The notes beneath the pieces were generated by a model. The model searched no databases and was not told the origin of the DNA. It was given only the letters and a program-made list of their open reading frames with translations. Made by a program: the position numbers and the translations under genes. 64,000 nucleotides of DNA from the NCBI GenBank assembly GCA_047495785.1, contig JBLDXI010000017.1:2232001-2296000 (forward strand), written 5' to 3'. Shown here piece by piece: positions 1-12,760 of the stretch. Source of the stretch: Lepidodermella squamata. Taxonomy: Eukaryota; Animalia; Gastrotricha. The stretch's first letter is position 1, and every line of letters begins with the position of its first letter.

Positions 1-281
1 AAGACAACAGTAAGGACGATACAAGCCAACAATGGGATAGCTGCAGCTTGTAGGACGATTCCTATTGAGGATATCGTGAATAGGATGCCAATGAAAAGGT
101 CTTTAGACACCTTGAGGCCTCCATCGCTACCTCCTTCAGTCGTACCATTAGTGTCACGTGGCTCAACAATTAGGCGGGCAATATTTGCCAGAGCGCTGTA
201 ATACTTGTCTTTAGTCACCTTACGCGATTCGTAGCAGGGTGAGACAAACAATAACAGAAAAATAACGGTAACCGCAGCCAT
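1..281 (-). CDS. 5' part of a signal-peptide/membrane protein of unknown function, truncated at the window edge
   Basis: Own translation from ATG at 281 is open to position 1: MAAVTVIFLLLFVSPC (signal-like), then a hydrophobic segment LFIGILFTISSIGIVLQAAAIPLLACIVLTVV. Confidence 0.6.
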   Translation of the reverse strand, partial: MAAVTVIFLLLFVSPCYESRKVTKDKYYSALANIARLIVEPRDTNGTTEGGSDGGLKVSKDLFIGILFTISSIGIVLQAAAIPLLACIVLTVV

Positions 282-439
282 TATTTTTAATCACTCAAGA
301 AGTGTCAGAAAAGTCTGTAAAACTTCTTTGTACTTTATCTGGAATAATTTAAGGCGTGTCATCGTCAGCAGCGATAAGATAAACACATCGGGGAATGGGG
401 GAGTATAGATCACACAAGTAAGGTTCAAAGATTTCTATA

Positions 440-2272
440 TCAGTGTTCAGCTATGGCTAAATTCACCCTCTCGCAAACTGCCCCAATATTAGCCGCAACG
501 AAAGGGACATTATAAGCTGAGGACACCCAGTTGCGAGCATTGCATGGTACATCGTTCCAGCCAACAGCAAATTCCTGGGGGAAATTCAAATTAAGCAAAA
601 AAAATCATTAGCATCAGGAGAAAAATCACCTCCCAAGATTGGTAGATAACACAATCGTCATTCCCATCTTTGTTATCAGGGTAGCCAGGCCACCAGGCTC
701 TGAAATGCCACGTTTCCAGGTAATCCCCGTTTGAAATCCACCTCCACTTGTCCGTGCCATGGCCAGCACGCCTGAGACCTATCCAAGCATTCTTCATAGG
801 TTTTTCGCCTATTCAAATCGAGAAATCATGGCTTTTTTATTAGCTGAATGATGATAGCTGATTTTACCACTTAGTAGCAGGCTTCTGATGAATGTGTCGT
901 CATTGCAAGACCGAACTGAAGCTAACTTTGCTCCAACATTTTCGCAAGCTTTTCTCGCGTCTTCGAAATTGAACGACCCATTGATGAGAAAAAGCTTAGC
1001 TGTAAAAACATTTTTTAATTACGTCATATCAAATCGAACTTTCGTACCTCTTCCACATAATCCTGGCTTCGTCCAGGTCGCATCTTCCTTGCACGAGATC
1101 GAATCAGCTCCAATCAGGTTGAAATTGGTCGAACACTCAACTTTACGTTTAGATCCGACTGCAAACGATCCAGATAGAATGAAGCCATTGGGAATAGTTG
1201 GCGTTGGCCCACAATCTAAAAATGATTTGAATACTGATATTGCCCGCTCTTCATCCGCCTTAATTTTACCCCGTAGACAGCGGCTGTTGATATTCCACAC
1301 GCCGGCACTTGTGCAAGTGATTACGTCAGTTCCTTGAAGCGTGAATCCTGAGAAGCATTGCACCTTACGCTGCTCGAACACTTTGGCTGGCCCAGGGGAA
1401 ACATATCCATTCGCAATCATAGGATTCGGATCGCAAACGATATCGACTACCGGGGCTATAGATGATGAAATAGTATGCCAAATAGTAGAGACAGAGTGAA
1501 AACCAACCTGCTAGCTTCGTCTCTCGTTCGACTGGAGGAGCTGGTATCGGAAGAGGAGGGGTGACTATGAGCAAGTCTTGCTTGTCACTAACATGTTTTC
1601 TCAATATCTCCGAGTCGATCAATAAGTTTGACTCAGGGTGAGAAGGATGCGTCTCGCATGTTCCTAGTCTAGCTGTCCACGACCCGTCACCCAGGCAGAC
1701 ACTTTCTGTAGCTCCATTGACTACCTGGTAACCGATTTGGCAGACCAGGCGAACCTTTGAGCCTGGTAGGTAAATTCCGGAAGATTTGACTCGAACGCTC
1801 CTAGTTACCGGGGCGATGTGGCCGTTGCTGACGTTGAATGCCGGATCTGGGCAGCCTTTCCGGCCAGGAATGCTTACCCACTTCTTATGATAGCCTGTTT
1901 ATTAAAATTGAAAAGTTGTAGAAAATAAAGTAAATTTGGGGCTATTTACACTCTCCAATATCGTCAGACCACCGTCCATTGTCCAGACATACTGCCAGGG
2001 TTACATCAGCGGAGAAGCCGATGTCGCATTTCAGGAAAATTCGAGTACCAGGTACAGCTGTTTGGGGTATTTCAGATTGAAGGCCAAAACTCGTCACGCC
2101 TATAACCCCATTTAGAGCCTGCGGCACGTAACACAGCAGCATTTCGACCTGATAAAAAATAAAATTTATCTGTGAATTTTATAGTGACCTTGAGGAGACT
2201 TACATTTTCGGGATTCATTGATTGTGTGATAGTAATTAGCAATGCTGTGACCGACAAAATCTTGGAAGTCAT
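440..2272 (-). CDS. Secreted protein with ~4 CCP/sushi domains and a C-terminal C-type lectin domain (multi-exon)
   Basis: Signal peptide MTSKILSVTALLITIT. Sushi motifs include C..P...NG...C..GF.L.G...I.C...G.W. CTLD motifs AWIGL, W.W, WWPGYPDN...DCV. Final exon reads EFAVGWNDVPC...AVCE with stop at 440-442. Short GT-AG introns separate the fragments. Confidence 0.85.
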
Positions 2273-2810
2273 TTTTTATTAAATCAATTTCGTTTAGGCG
2301 TAATGCCGCATCGGATACATAGCTTGACGCCTTTTTTGTTGTTGGCGCATGCGCAAACAGGTAAATAACCCACTCAACGAGCGGGTGAACGACCAATTAC
2401 AGCAAAACAACAGCACCGTCGCAATACGCATTATATGTTGAAGCTGGCTGATACATTGTTACTATCTTCCATGCGCCCATTCAGCAGCCATTTAGCTAGA
2501 TTTTGCCCGCTCATGAAAACTTGGCAATCTTTTCCGTCTCTAAATTTCTTTTTTGATATGTTTCTTTTCAGAAATAAATCAAGCAAATTATGAGCATAAG
2601 CCAGCTACCAAAAATACCGATGAGATGGTACTAATTTGTTTTAATTCTCGTATGCAAGGAAATCCACGCGAAACGTGTATTTTTTTTTATTTTTAGGGAA
2701 AACAGAATTATTAAGAGTCCTTTCGAAAATGAGGGCAGTTTGGCCAAAAGAAAATGGTGTCCGCGATTTCATTTTATTGCTGAGTATTAAAATTCAGGAA
2801 GACGAGGAGA

Positions 2811-4117
2811 TCAGTGGTCATGAACTCCTGATCTGTACTGAAGAAGGGCAACGTCAGTTAATAGAGCTATTCCAACGATTGGAGCTTTCGTATATTCAGC
2901 GACTGTAGGCTTTCGCCGATAGCTTTTCCTCGATCCAGATTTATTCCTAGTAAAGGCCGATCCGTGCCTTATAATTGCAACAATGGCTTTCTCTGTTTTA
3001 AATAAAACATTTAACTGCGAATTGCAATTTTTTCAAACATACCTTTGCTGAATAGTTTCATCAAATGAATCGCATTGTCATCTTCAAAGGCTGTTACGTG
3101 CTTTTCAACAAGGTAATTCCCGATTGAAGATCTGATCGTAGCCTCAAGAGTTTGACCAAGGAACGATTTGCCTACCAACCTCCTCGCTTGGCTTGACTTC
3201 ATAACAGCCACAACATCGTTTTGATTTTGATTCCGATACAGCAGAATGAAATCTGATCCAAAAGACAGACTGGCCAATTCGTTGTTCCAACGTTCAGTGA
3301 TGACAGTTTCGATAGGCATAAAGGTGAAATCAGTCCGAAGACAGTCCTTCAGCCTTATCCGACTGCATTCAATAGCCCGACTCAGAAACTCCATTTCATC
3401 GCCTTGAATTTCAGCATTCAGCATGGTTAGACGTCGTAGGTTACGGCGGCACCTCAACGGCAGCCGTTCGGACCCTGAATCGAGACATTTGCCCAACAAC
3501 CAGCCAAATGGGCGGCCGAAAAATGCGAAAATCTTGAAAATCCACAGGAATTTTGCGCAAATTGCCAGCGGTTCTGTGTAGGAGCAAACTATTTCTGGCA
3601 CGTAGTTTGTAAAAACAACAATCAAAACACCGATAGCCGCGATCGAAATCGCCTTTTCCGCCGCAAGAGGCAGGTTAGGCAGCAACAAATCGAGGCATAG
3701 CGCTTGCTCGAGAAGTAAAGCGCAACCAGTGTTGGCGATAGCTATCATGAAGGTCAGACTACAATAGATAGCCTTGTCATTGAGTATCATAGGTCGCAAT
3801 TTTTCGATGTAAGCCGCTCGTTTTCGATCGTTTTCTTTGCGAGCATCCGCAAGCATGAATGGGCTGCTGAGGCTGGTTGCGATGGAGCAAGCGTCGTAGT
3901 CGTACTGGTCCTCGTCGACCAGAGCCATTTCGTCGAGATCGTCGTAGCAACCGAGTTGATCATCGTCGAAAACTGCGATCGAATGCAGCAAGTTGAACAA
4001 AGCTGAGACGACCAAGCAGAAGAATCCTAAGCTTCCACAGATGATTGTCGTTTCAAATTCGAACGAATTAGTGGATGATACATTGTTATTATGTGGGACA
4101 AGAGCTGGGTACATCAT
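2811..4117 (-). CDS. Divergent CNNM/CorB-like (DUF21 + CBS pair) metal-transporter homolog
   Basis: IVVFTNYVPEIVCS..PLAICAKFLWIFKIFAFFGRPFGWLLGKCLD resembles the DUF21 IVIFGEIVPQAIC...P...LLD motif. Intron 2993-3042 joins LFSK to EKAIVAIIR...PIVGIALLTDV (CBS2-like GIVTLEDV). Stop at 2811. Confidence 0.7.
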
Positions 4118-4337
4118 TTTATAGAAAAATTATCATGAATCGGTCTTTCTCTGGACAGTAATGCCTCCGTTTTATTAATGTTCCGCGAATTCTGCTATCA
4201 TTAAAAGATTATGATCGAGCAGATGGACCCATGTTATCACGAACAGGTGTTTGGGATATATTTATTACACTCGGCGGTGATATTAAAAATTCCGAGCCAC
4301 GGCCGCCTCGGAACAAACATCTGCTATATAAAAAATC

Positions 4338-5309
4338 TCAATATTCCTCAGAAATGGGAAGAGGCAAATCATTCTCGTAATCCTCAATCGGGGGAGGTAG
4401 GTCGTCAATCAACTTATTCTCTGCTAAAAGTTCGAGATCATTCAACGGTTCAGGCAGGTCGTAATATCGATGCGTTGTAGTCGATACTTCGGTGCTTTTA
4501 ATCGTGAAAAAGTCCTTCAAATCGTTAGCTTGCCGGGTAGCAGACTTTGTGGACAGCTGACTCAAAGGAACCAGCTCAAATATCGGTATCGGCAATTCGT
4601 CTTTGGGGGTAGTAGAGGCAAGAGGAACCAGGGTGAAGGCCTCAAATTTTGTTGTTGGCGCCGTTGTAGTACTAGCAACTAATTTCTGATTGCTGTTTAT
4701 CGCTGATTTGGGCTTGATGTAAAAATTCCCGAACCGTGGAATCACTGTTGTTTGATCTGCAAATTGAAGTTCAAAAAAAGCTAAAAAATTATGAGTCAAG
4801 TCCTGACCTTTCGAACTCGGGGTTGATGTTGGTGCCAGAAGCGGAAAGAGCCGTTCGAGAATAGGAAGCCAGTTGTTAACATCATCCAACCGAACGATGT
4901 GATGCAATTTTTGGGAATTATTCTCGAATTTCGGTAAGATTCCGCGGTTATCGAGCTTTTTCTTGCCAAACATATTAGTATTTTGAAGGTTTCCAAGGCT
5001 GGGCCTCAGCGGAATAAATGCTGCTTGTGGCGCCTGAATGTGTCCCATCGATCCCTTGTAATCGCCTGTTTTTAACAGAGTTGAGGTAAAAATACTATTT
5101 TTTAAGCAACTCACGTGGCGGAAAATGTTTGACTATTTTATTAGATGAGCGCAATGAAAGCGCGGGGTCAACCATTAAAAGCGCGCCAGAACCTAATTAG
5201 GAAAATTAATTACTATAATTTCTTGCAAATATTTGAATTATTTACCCCCAGCAAACGTTAATAGCGAAACGATCGATAAAAAACTCTTCGATGTGAATAT
5301 CTTGGTCAT
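4338..5309 (-). CDS. Secreted Thr/Pro-rich protein of unknown function (3 exons)
   Basis: ATG 5309 gives MTKIFTSKSFLSIVSLLTFAG (signal-like). Two short GT-AG introns join it in frame to ORF 4338-5114. Confidence 0.6.
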
Positions 5310-5665
5310 TTGACGCTGGACTATCTTAACATCAGCATCTACTTCGTAAAAACAATGGTAAATTAACTCTCAAAATTTGTCAAATGAATAGAAAATATGC
5401 CGACACGATGACAACAGCGAAAAATGAGGTAGCACGCGTGTCACAACTTTTCGACATAACTCAACTACCTTTATTCTTAAATTTTGAGACGCCGCTCATG
5501 GCATTATCTCATCATAAACTTGTTATATTAAAAGGTCTTATCAAACTTTATTTCTGCATAATGAAAACTCATCACTCACTTTTACACAGCCTGGCAGCAT
5601 TTTTTTATTATATCAACAAAAAATTCACCAGTGTGATTATGCATATTTGAACTAAATCTATGACT

Positions 5666-6550
5666 TCAAATGAACGAGCTCGATGATGTTCTAGACGCTT
5701 CGCTATGCGACGACGAGGACGTATTCGGCGTAGCGGTAACTCGCGAAGATTCCACCGGGCCAACTGCGCCGCGACGCAAGCCCCTGAGAAGTGCCAGCGA
5801 TAAGACGGAAAAAAATTTGCTCCACGGTTGAGTTATTTTCAGCATCATAATCTCTTCTTTTGGCGGTGATTTCTGACTAAAAAAACCTGTAAATGAGTTC
5901 GAGAAGCCAGGTGAAGGTGACGAATTATTAGAGCCGTCTACCATTAGCAACTTTGTAAAATTCTCAGATAACAGCATAGTCTTAGTAATTGAAGCGAACT
6001 CCTGAAATAAAGCTGCTTGTAAACATCCCACAAGATCCTACAAGAAAAATTGTACAAAATTCGCGAATTAATTTTGCGAAGCTCACGATAATATGCTCGG
6101 CTGTAACGCCGAAGCTGGAATGTTTCGATCCTAATTCCATAGTATATTGGATGAAAGCTTCCTTCTTATCCAATCTGAATATACATCTTTGAATGGCGTG
6201 CATAACCCGCATCGAATGCTGCCTGTATAATTTCATTTAAATTTCGATCCACCTTATAGTTATTTTTACTTTGTTTCCCAAGAATAGACAACATCTTCTT
6301 TCGAACGAGGTAGGACTTTGCTTTTGACGAAAATTTGAAAGGCGGCTGAACTGACCTTGAACAGACTGTAAAACAGCGATAATTTATTGCAATAGCGAAA
6401 AATTACTCAAATGACTCACTTCAAAAAGGCCGTGACGCCGATATTTTCCCACCGATCAGCGATGAACTCAAAACTGGTGCGCAAAATAGCGATATCGCAT
6501 TGGGTGAAACAGTCCAAGTACCAAAATTTCTGCAGTAGATTAATGTCCAT
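5666..6550 (-). CDS. Globin 1 (subfamily A), ~46 aa G-H insertion
   Basis: MDINLLQKFWYLDCFTQCDIAILRTSF..IGVTAFLNLFKVSSAAFQIF(CD1)..WETKQH(E7)SMRV..LGSKH(F8)SSFGVT..W(H8)SKFF. Introns at 6366-6419 (B12.2), 6223-6269 (E5.2) and 6038-6086 (G7.0). Confidence 0.85.
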
Positions 6551-7969
6551 TTCTAGCTCATAAAAAGTAGTTATGTATTGATTAGTTCGACTTCGCCCAA
6601 AATAATATTACCCACACCCGAATATAAACTGCCACCAATAAAAACCGAATATAATATATTGTTTAATCAGACGCAGTTTTTTCTGGCTCTTCTGGAAGGA
6701 ATCGATAATTCACAGTAAATAAAATGCAAACAGCCGCTAGTTTAGTAGAAAACTTCTATGTAGGTCACTGCTTTATTAGTCTTGTGGCTCATTAAAAGTA
6801 TATACTTGGCGAAAATTTGATTAGTCCTTCTTGAGAGTGCGAAATGCGATGTTTTTTTCGGGTGAAAAGAAAAATAATATGCGCTCTCAAACAAAAACTT
6901 GCTATCGATCGATCGAAAATGCGGAAGAAATAATAATTATAGCAGCCGATTGAGAAGTGAACCACAGCTGGAAATGAGCTTATTGCGTTCAAAGTTCTGA
7001 AATCCAAGGTGCGCGCGTGTGAGAAAAAGGAATGCACGCTAAAATGTAGTGAAAATTGGCTATATGATAGGGGAAAATCAATGACTTTGAGCAGCGAGAC
7101 GGTTCCGCATGATGTGTATGCGGTTTTTTTCCTAAAAAATCAATCAGAACAGACAGTTGATAAGGTGATAGCAATTACGGCCTGGAAAATGAAGATGTGA
7201 TTTGGACAAATTAAAGCGATCAAAATTTAATGCCCTTGTTTCTTGATTAGCGAGTATGTTTGTGTGCTATTACTATAAGCAGTCCCAAGAGGAATACCTG
7301 TGTCGCATTCAAAAATAGATCTGCCCACGTGCGAAGGTGACGCATACAGCTCTATTACCAGTCCCTTGATGTCGAGGTATCGGTTAGCCGATGCGAAAGT
7401 TCGATTCGGTCAGCATCCGGCTTGTCCCATGAGAAGATGACAAATGACGTCGGAAGCAATATATTAAGACCGCATGTTGTTGACTTTAGAGCTCAGTTTT
7501 GATTATCCTTTTGCGTTATAGCATAGTTTTTTATACAGCAATATGTGGGTTCCGGATGTATGGGCAGCCGATAGCTCGGCTAATTCATCCGCCTGGCTGT
7601 CTAAATGTCGCATGTTTTTACGGCGAGAAAGCAGGTGAGCGTCGTTAACGGGGTCGAAGACATTTAATTTTAGTTTCGCTTCGTTGCTATGGGTATAGCG
7701 TGGTTCAAAATAACGATTTTACGTGACTGATATTAATTCATGAGTTTTATTAAAAAATTACGCGCTCCTTGTAAAAAAAAATACTCCGTGATCAAGGCGT
7801 AATTTGATTTCATCATTCTTCATATAATAATATAGTATTACGTTTCGTAATATCTAAGACGCTCCGCGCGGCTTATATATTGTTTTTCGCGGATGCGTTC
7901 CCATTTTAATCCTTTCGCAGCTATATAAACACTATTTATTATGTTTTTGGATTCATCAGAATAATTATA

Positions 7970-8723
7970 ATGCCGCTCTTTCATAGAACTGATAAAATGT
8001 CCAAGAAGCTCGACTTCTCGTGGTTTTTTGGAGGCTACTCTAGTCAGGAAATTTCATCGCTGAAGAACGATCTGTCTCTAATCGAAGACAAAATCGATGA
8101 CATTGGGGTTTCTGCTCTTGCCAGGTGGGACATTTTGCAAATTAGTCATTAAAATTATTTTAAAATTTGGTTAACGCAGGCTGGCAGACGAATGCCAAGA
8201 GGCTTATGCCGTATTTTCTGCGAACAACTTGCTGCCGGCGAAAAATGGCACCAGATTGCAAGATGCGCCTCAATTGCGAAGTCACGCGCATCGCATTATG
8301 CAAACATTGACGAAATTCGTTGAAAAGCTCGAAAATCGACAGGAATTTCTCGACTTCGCATCGACCCTCGCAACAATACACACCGGCTATGGCATAAAGC
8401 CTGATTTTATCATGGCAATGATGGCTAGTTTACGCCAGGCTCTTTTCGACCAATTGATCATTTCACGTGAGGGCGATGAAGGCTTGTCGATGATGCGGCG
8501 GCGTTTTTCTCGTCGGAGCTCATCGCGGTCTTCGAGCACGTGCGAAGGTTGCAGCCGACGAGACAGTGCTTCCAGTACCGCGTCTCACGACGACAGCAGC
8601 GACGATGGCGATCGGTGTTATACTGCTCCTGAGTTTGATGTCTGGAATAAACTGTTTATGACGTTGTCTTTAGCGCTGATTAACGGCATGGAGCGGTCTA
8701 AACGCAGTAAGAAGAGCCGGTGA
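7970..8723 (+). CDS. Globin 2 (subfamily B), ~50 aa Ser/Arg-rich G-H insertion containing CEGC
   Basis: LDFSWFFGGYS..IGVSALAR|LADECQEAYAVF(CD1)..LRSH(E7)AHRIM..LATIH(F8)TGYGIKP..EFDVWNKLF. Single intron 8125-8179 at B12.2. Confidence 0.85.
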
Positions 8724-9082
8724 TTTTCTTCTTTTACACAATTACGCCACGAGATCTATCGATGAAATTACCGGTGCTTGATTGACGATTTCTTGGTTTA
8801 TTTTAATAAAAAGAGACCCTGCCATGTTTTAGCTGTTTTCTTTTTCTTCCAAACGCTAATTCACTAACTAGTCAATCAAAAAAGATGCGGGCAAAAAGCT
8901 CACAGCTGCACAGCGGTGACCTAGTAATAAAATTTCAGCCGTCGAGGTGCACACTAATTACGAGCTCTTTATCGCGAGAGCAAAAAGCTCACTCGTACGC
9001 AAAAGAAACTACTTCTGCTTTCACTTGGAAACTAAATTCTGCTAATTACACGATAACTTCGAGTCCTCTGCCATCTATCACC

Positions 9083-10365
9083 ATGGATTTACCACTGGAA
9101 TGGGAAAAGGTGAGTCGGATGACAAACATTCGTTGGCTTATTGGTTGTTTATTGCCATTGCACAGCTTCTTCGGTGTTCAAACTGCGAAGTCTTGTTTTA
9201 TGCCGACAACAAAGTCAAACAGAAGATGCTACCCTGCCTTCATCGGTTCTGTGTTTTGTGCTTGCGCAAAGCCGTCGTAAATAAAGTGCTGACTTGTCCC
9301 ACCTGTTCGAAGAAATACGTTTTGACATCGTCCGGCCTGAAAGGTGAGCTCATCGAATCGAAATCGAAAATAAGTGTTCCACCTTAAATAATTAATTTAA
9401 AAGTGTTACTTTTGCACACGTTTTTAATCTCATTCGTTTTTTTCGCAGATTTCGTGACTGATTACGCGCTGTCGAGAGTTGCCGAACTTTTGTTCAAGCA
9501 TGGAGAGAGTACTTACGATCGTTTTGAAACGGTAGACGATGACTGTAAGCATTTCGCCATGGCGAGCGATGCGTTGACGGTTTGTGGGCATTGCGAACGC
9601 AAGTTCTGCCGGATTTGCATAACTCGTCACGTCGAACGCATTCGAATCGAAGCGACGTGGCTCAATCATCATGTAGGTTTAAACCGCAGTTTTCAATTAA
9701 AAATCGATGAACCCATAATCATGAAATATAGGTGGCAAATCGCTTCGAAAGTTGTCGCTCCTCGATCGAAGAAAATGGTTCGAAGCTCAAGCTGGAAATT
9801 GAGGAGCAAGCTGTGATGGCCAAGAAGTCTGTGGTCGATTGTTTCGATGCAATGATGGCTAGGCTCGTCGCTTCGAAGGAGAAGCTTATTTCGAAGATCG
9901 ACGAGGTGAGGGCGAAGCAACTATCTGCCGTTGAAAGTTTGAAAGAATCAGTCACGGTCGATTTTCGAGAAGATCTGGAGCACAAGATCAATGACCTAAA
10001 CGATATGTCAGTTCTTGAAATATCTCCCGATGTTATAGCTGGGATTTTCATCAAGTTGAGCGAAGCTGACAAGCGGTTTTCATGCATCGAAAATGTCGGG
10101 CGACTTGGCAAAGTTGGTATCAAGTTCAAGCCGAATTCATCTAGCGGCGATAGCAACTTTGTTGGCCTGGGAGAAATCGTGCTCGAAAACGGCATCAGAT
10201 TAGACAAGGTAAGCGATTGGTTTTTAAAGTCGCCTCCGAATCACCCATCACTAAAAGATTCAAGTTGTCATATTACCGAACTTTCTTTGCTTTATTTCTC
10301 ATATGTCTAAGGTATCGTGGAGTAAGAATAGGGTGACATTTTCAACGGAAACGATTAGGCTTTGA
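9083..10365 (+). CDS. TRIM/RBCC protein (RING, degenerate B-box, coiled coil); 3' end uncertain
   Basis: MDLPLEWEK|LLRCSNC..LPCLHRFCVLC..CPTC is a C3HC4 RING. CKH..CGHCERKFCRICITRH is B-box-like. ORF 9732-10208 is helical. GT-AG introns link the fragments. Confidence 0.75.
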
Positions 10366-10479
10366 GTTTAGATCAGATAGAGTTTCTAGTTTTGATTGCG
10401 TCTCAATCGTAAATAAATTTTGAAAATATTATAAATAGTATTTGAAAATAGTATAAAATACCGGTGCAACTTTGAACAT

Positions 10480-11400
10480 TTCACGCGAATCTGTTTTTGT
10501 CGGGAATCAGCGAGTGGATGGCTCTTGGGAATTTCGTAGAATATAGACATCGTTGGGGTCTAGCATTTCGCAAAGTTTTTAGTAACCCAGCCCTCATGGT
10601 CTCTCCTGAAAAGGCATTTTTAGCTTCCGATCCTGACGTGGAACGAAACTTTTTCGAAACGGTTCTTGAAGCTGGTCAACGCAATGTCGTATAAAAATCT
10701 AGTCGCTTTGCACTGAGAATCACCATACTCAGAAACTCGTTGATCAACATAGTCGACGAATCGCTTCCAATGCTGACTGTTTTTTTGCATCGTTCCAGTT
10801 GTCTCGAAACCTGACGCTATAGCTCAGCAACGTCATCGGAGTAAAGCGTCGCCTTAATTGCCGGCAGGGGATTCTTCATAAGAAAATTCGAGCTCTTGTG
10901 GTAGTTTTGACAGTTTTTGTAGTAGTTGTAGTTTTCTTCACCAACGCCCGATTATGGTTATTGCTAACATAGGTCAGGTATGCGTGAGCTAGCCACAGTT
11001 TCGAAAACATAAAAGCTTGAAGGTGAGACATTTTTCTGGCTCGCTTTCGATTGGCAGCCATCGGCCAAAATACGACCTTGAGTGCCAAAGCGAAGTGCCA
11101 AAGCAAGTTGAAATCTCGAGAAAGGCAGTTACCATCAGAAACAACGTCTTAGATATCATATGAAAAATGAATAAATTCCCTTTCCTTAGCCATATGTTAG
11201 GCTTTAGTTTGCTTATCGCCAGCATTTCTTGGTCGAGACAATCCCACTTGTTGCGAACCTTCATTAGAACTTCAAAGTTGTTGCCAATGTTTCCGAACTC
11301 ATCCGAACAAATTTAGAAAACTTATGCCACTGTAGCCTGGTCTTCTTTCCTTGCGTTCACCGACTTCTTGCCAAATGTCTCCAGCTCGGCTTTCCCCGTT
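10480..11400 (-). mobile_element. Decayed Penelope-like retroelement remnant (GIY-YIG C-terminus followed by stop-interrupted ORF sequence)
   Basis: NNFEVLMKVRNKWDCLDQEMLAISKLKPN (~11190-11285) fits the GIY-YIG end motif F.IL...E.L.I..L.P.LN. Flanking protein-like frames contain in-frame stops. Confidence 0.45.
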
Positions 11401-11848
11401 CATTTGCAGAATTTAAGAAGAAATGAGCGAATAATGGTTGAAATACAGGAAAAATACATGTTAAGCCGCGTGACTCGTTCCCTTATGTCAGAGACGTTGA
11501 GTTCTTCAAGGTACAAATGAACGATTCAGGCTATCACTGTCATCGTCCGGTGGTACAAAAATTATCGATACAATAACAATGTTATTGTACTTTCCAAAAT
11601 ACAAATAACATGCGTTTAAGGTGGATTTTTTTAATTTTCTCATGTGGTAATTTTTTTTAGATATTTCGAATTATTATTACCAACTCGACCATTTGCCCCA
11701 AATTAGCAAAATTCCTAAATTTCGTGCCTAAATTTGCCCAAAGAACACGCATGTTTCTGAACAGTAGTTTACTTTTACTAATAAATGGTTAAAACGGGTA
11801 ATAACATTTTTGAGTCCACGACCAGTACGGGAAACGGGAACAAGACAA

Positions 11849-12600
11849 TCAATTTAAGAAATCTTTGAACTGCATATGTAGCTGCTGAAATTTCAAAAAC
11901 TTCGAAAACTTGATCGCATCATCCACATCAGGAGGGCGGTACTGAGACAGAGTGAAGGAGTTCATATTTTCGTTTAGATCCGCTGCTTGTTGTTTGTTCG
12001 CGCTAGGTTCATCCGAAGGCTCCTCGACATTCGGGCGGTTCGAAGCAGGGGCGAGAAAATTTTGCATATTTTCGCGCTGCTCCTCCGGCTTCACCTTTCC
12101 ATAATTGACAAGGGCGCTCGTTGACGCATGACCGGTTATCTGGATAACTTTTTCTGGAATTACTCCATTGGCCAGTAACTCGTCCACCAGGTATTTCCGG
12201 GCGGAATGACCGGAGAGTTTTTTGTCGATTCCAGCTTTTAACGCAGCATTCTTAACCAAATCGTCGATTGTATGCTCGCCTAACTTCCCGCGTTTGTAAA
12301 ATCGCTCTTTTGATCCGATTCGCCATTTTGAATTGTACATGAGATAAAATGGATCGCTGTCTCTGCAGAAACCGACCGGTCTTTGGGCACGGAAAGCCTT
12401 GTAGATAGCAACAGGACACAAAGGATTGCCCGGGACAGCGTAAGCTCTTGGCGTGATGGCTCGATTTTTGAACCCTTTCCTGGTTTTCGTGATGCGCTCA
12501 TGAAATTGCAGGTACTCGTTTACAGGATTCGAGGTATTTTCGTTCACCAACTTCGCATCACCACAATGAGTAGGTCGATGGTTTTGAGTGGCGCAGTCTT
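11849..12600 (-). mobile_element. Crypton-type (DUF3504-like) tyrosine recombinase, 5'-truncated or frameshifted
   Basis: ERITKTRKG, CPVAIYKAF...RP....PFYL, KLGEHTI, SGHSAR, ITGHAS..ALVNY retain the catalytic K, HxxR, H and Y. The upstream LR..HR...GD motif is split across frames and there is no ATG. Confidence 0.8.
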
Positions 12601-12760
12601 GAAGAATTTGTTGTCCTTCTTACTCTCTAGAATTGTGAAGGGAATGTGTCTTTATAATTTTCAGGTTCTACTTCACTTGCAAAATTAGTGTTTGAGCAAT
12701 ATTCATTTTCTGAATTTAGCTTCGCCCCTTCTTGAAATTACCCTGCATTTTTTCATTTAG

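Noticed and set aside
2675-2908. Plus-strand 77-aa ORF with a SAM-like appearance
   Set aside because: It overlaps the antisense last exon of the CNNM-like gene, and no phase-compatible first exon was found.
5875-5942. Possible cryptic intron within the globin 1 G-H insertion (gtagac...ag)
   Set aside because: The frame is open, the best acceptors would shift the frame, and paralogs have coding inserts of similar length. RNA data are needed to exclude a 69-nt in-frame intron.
7360-7420. GTTCGATT T-loop-like motif
   Set aside because: No T-stem or cloverleaf can be formed, so it is not a tRNA.
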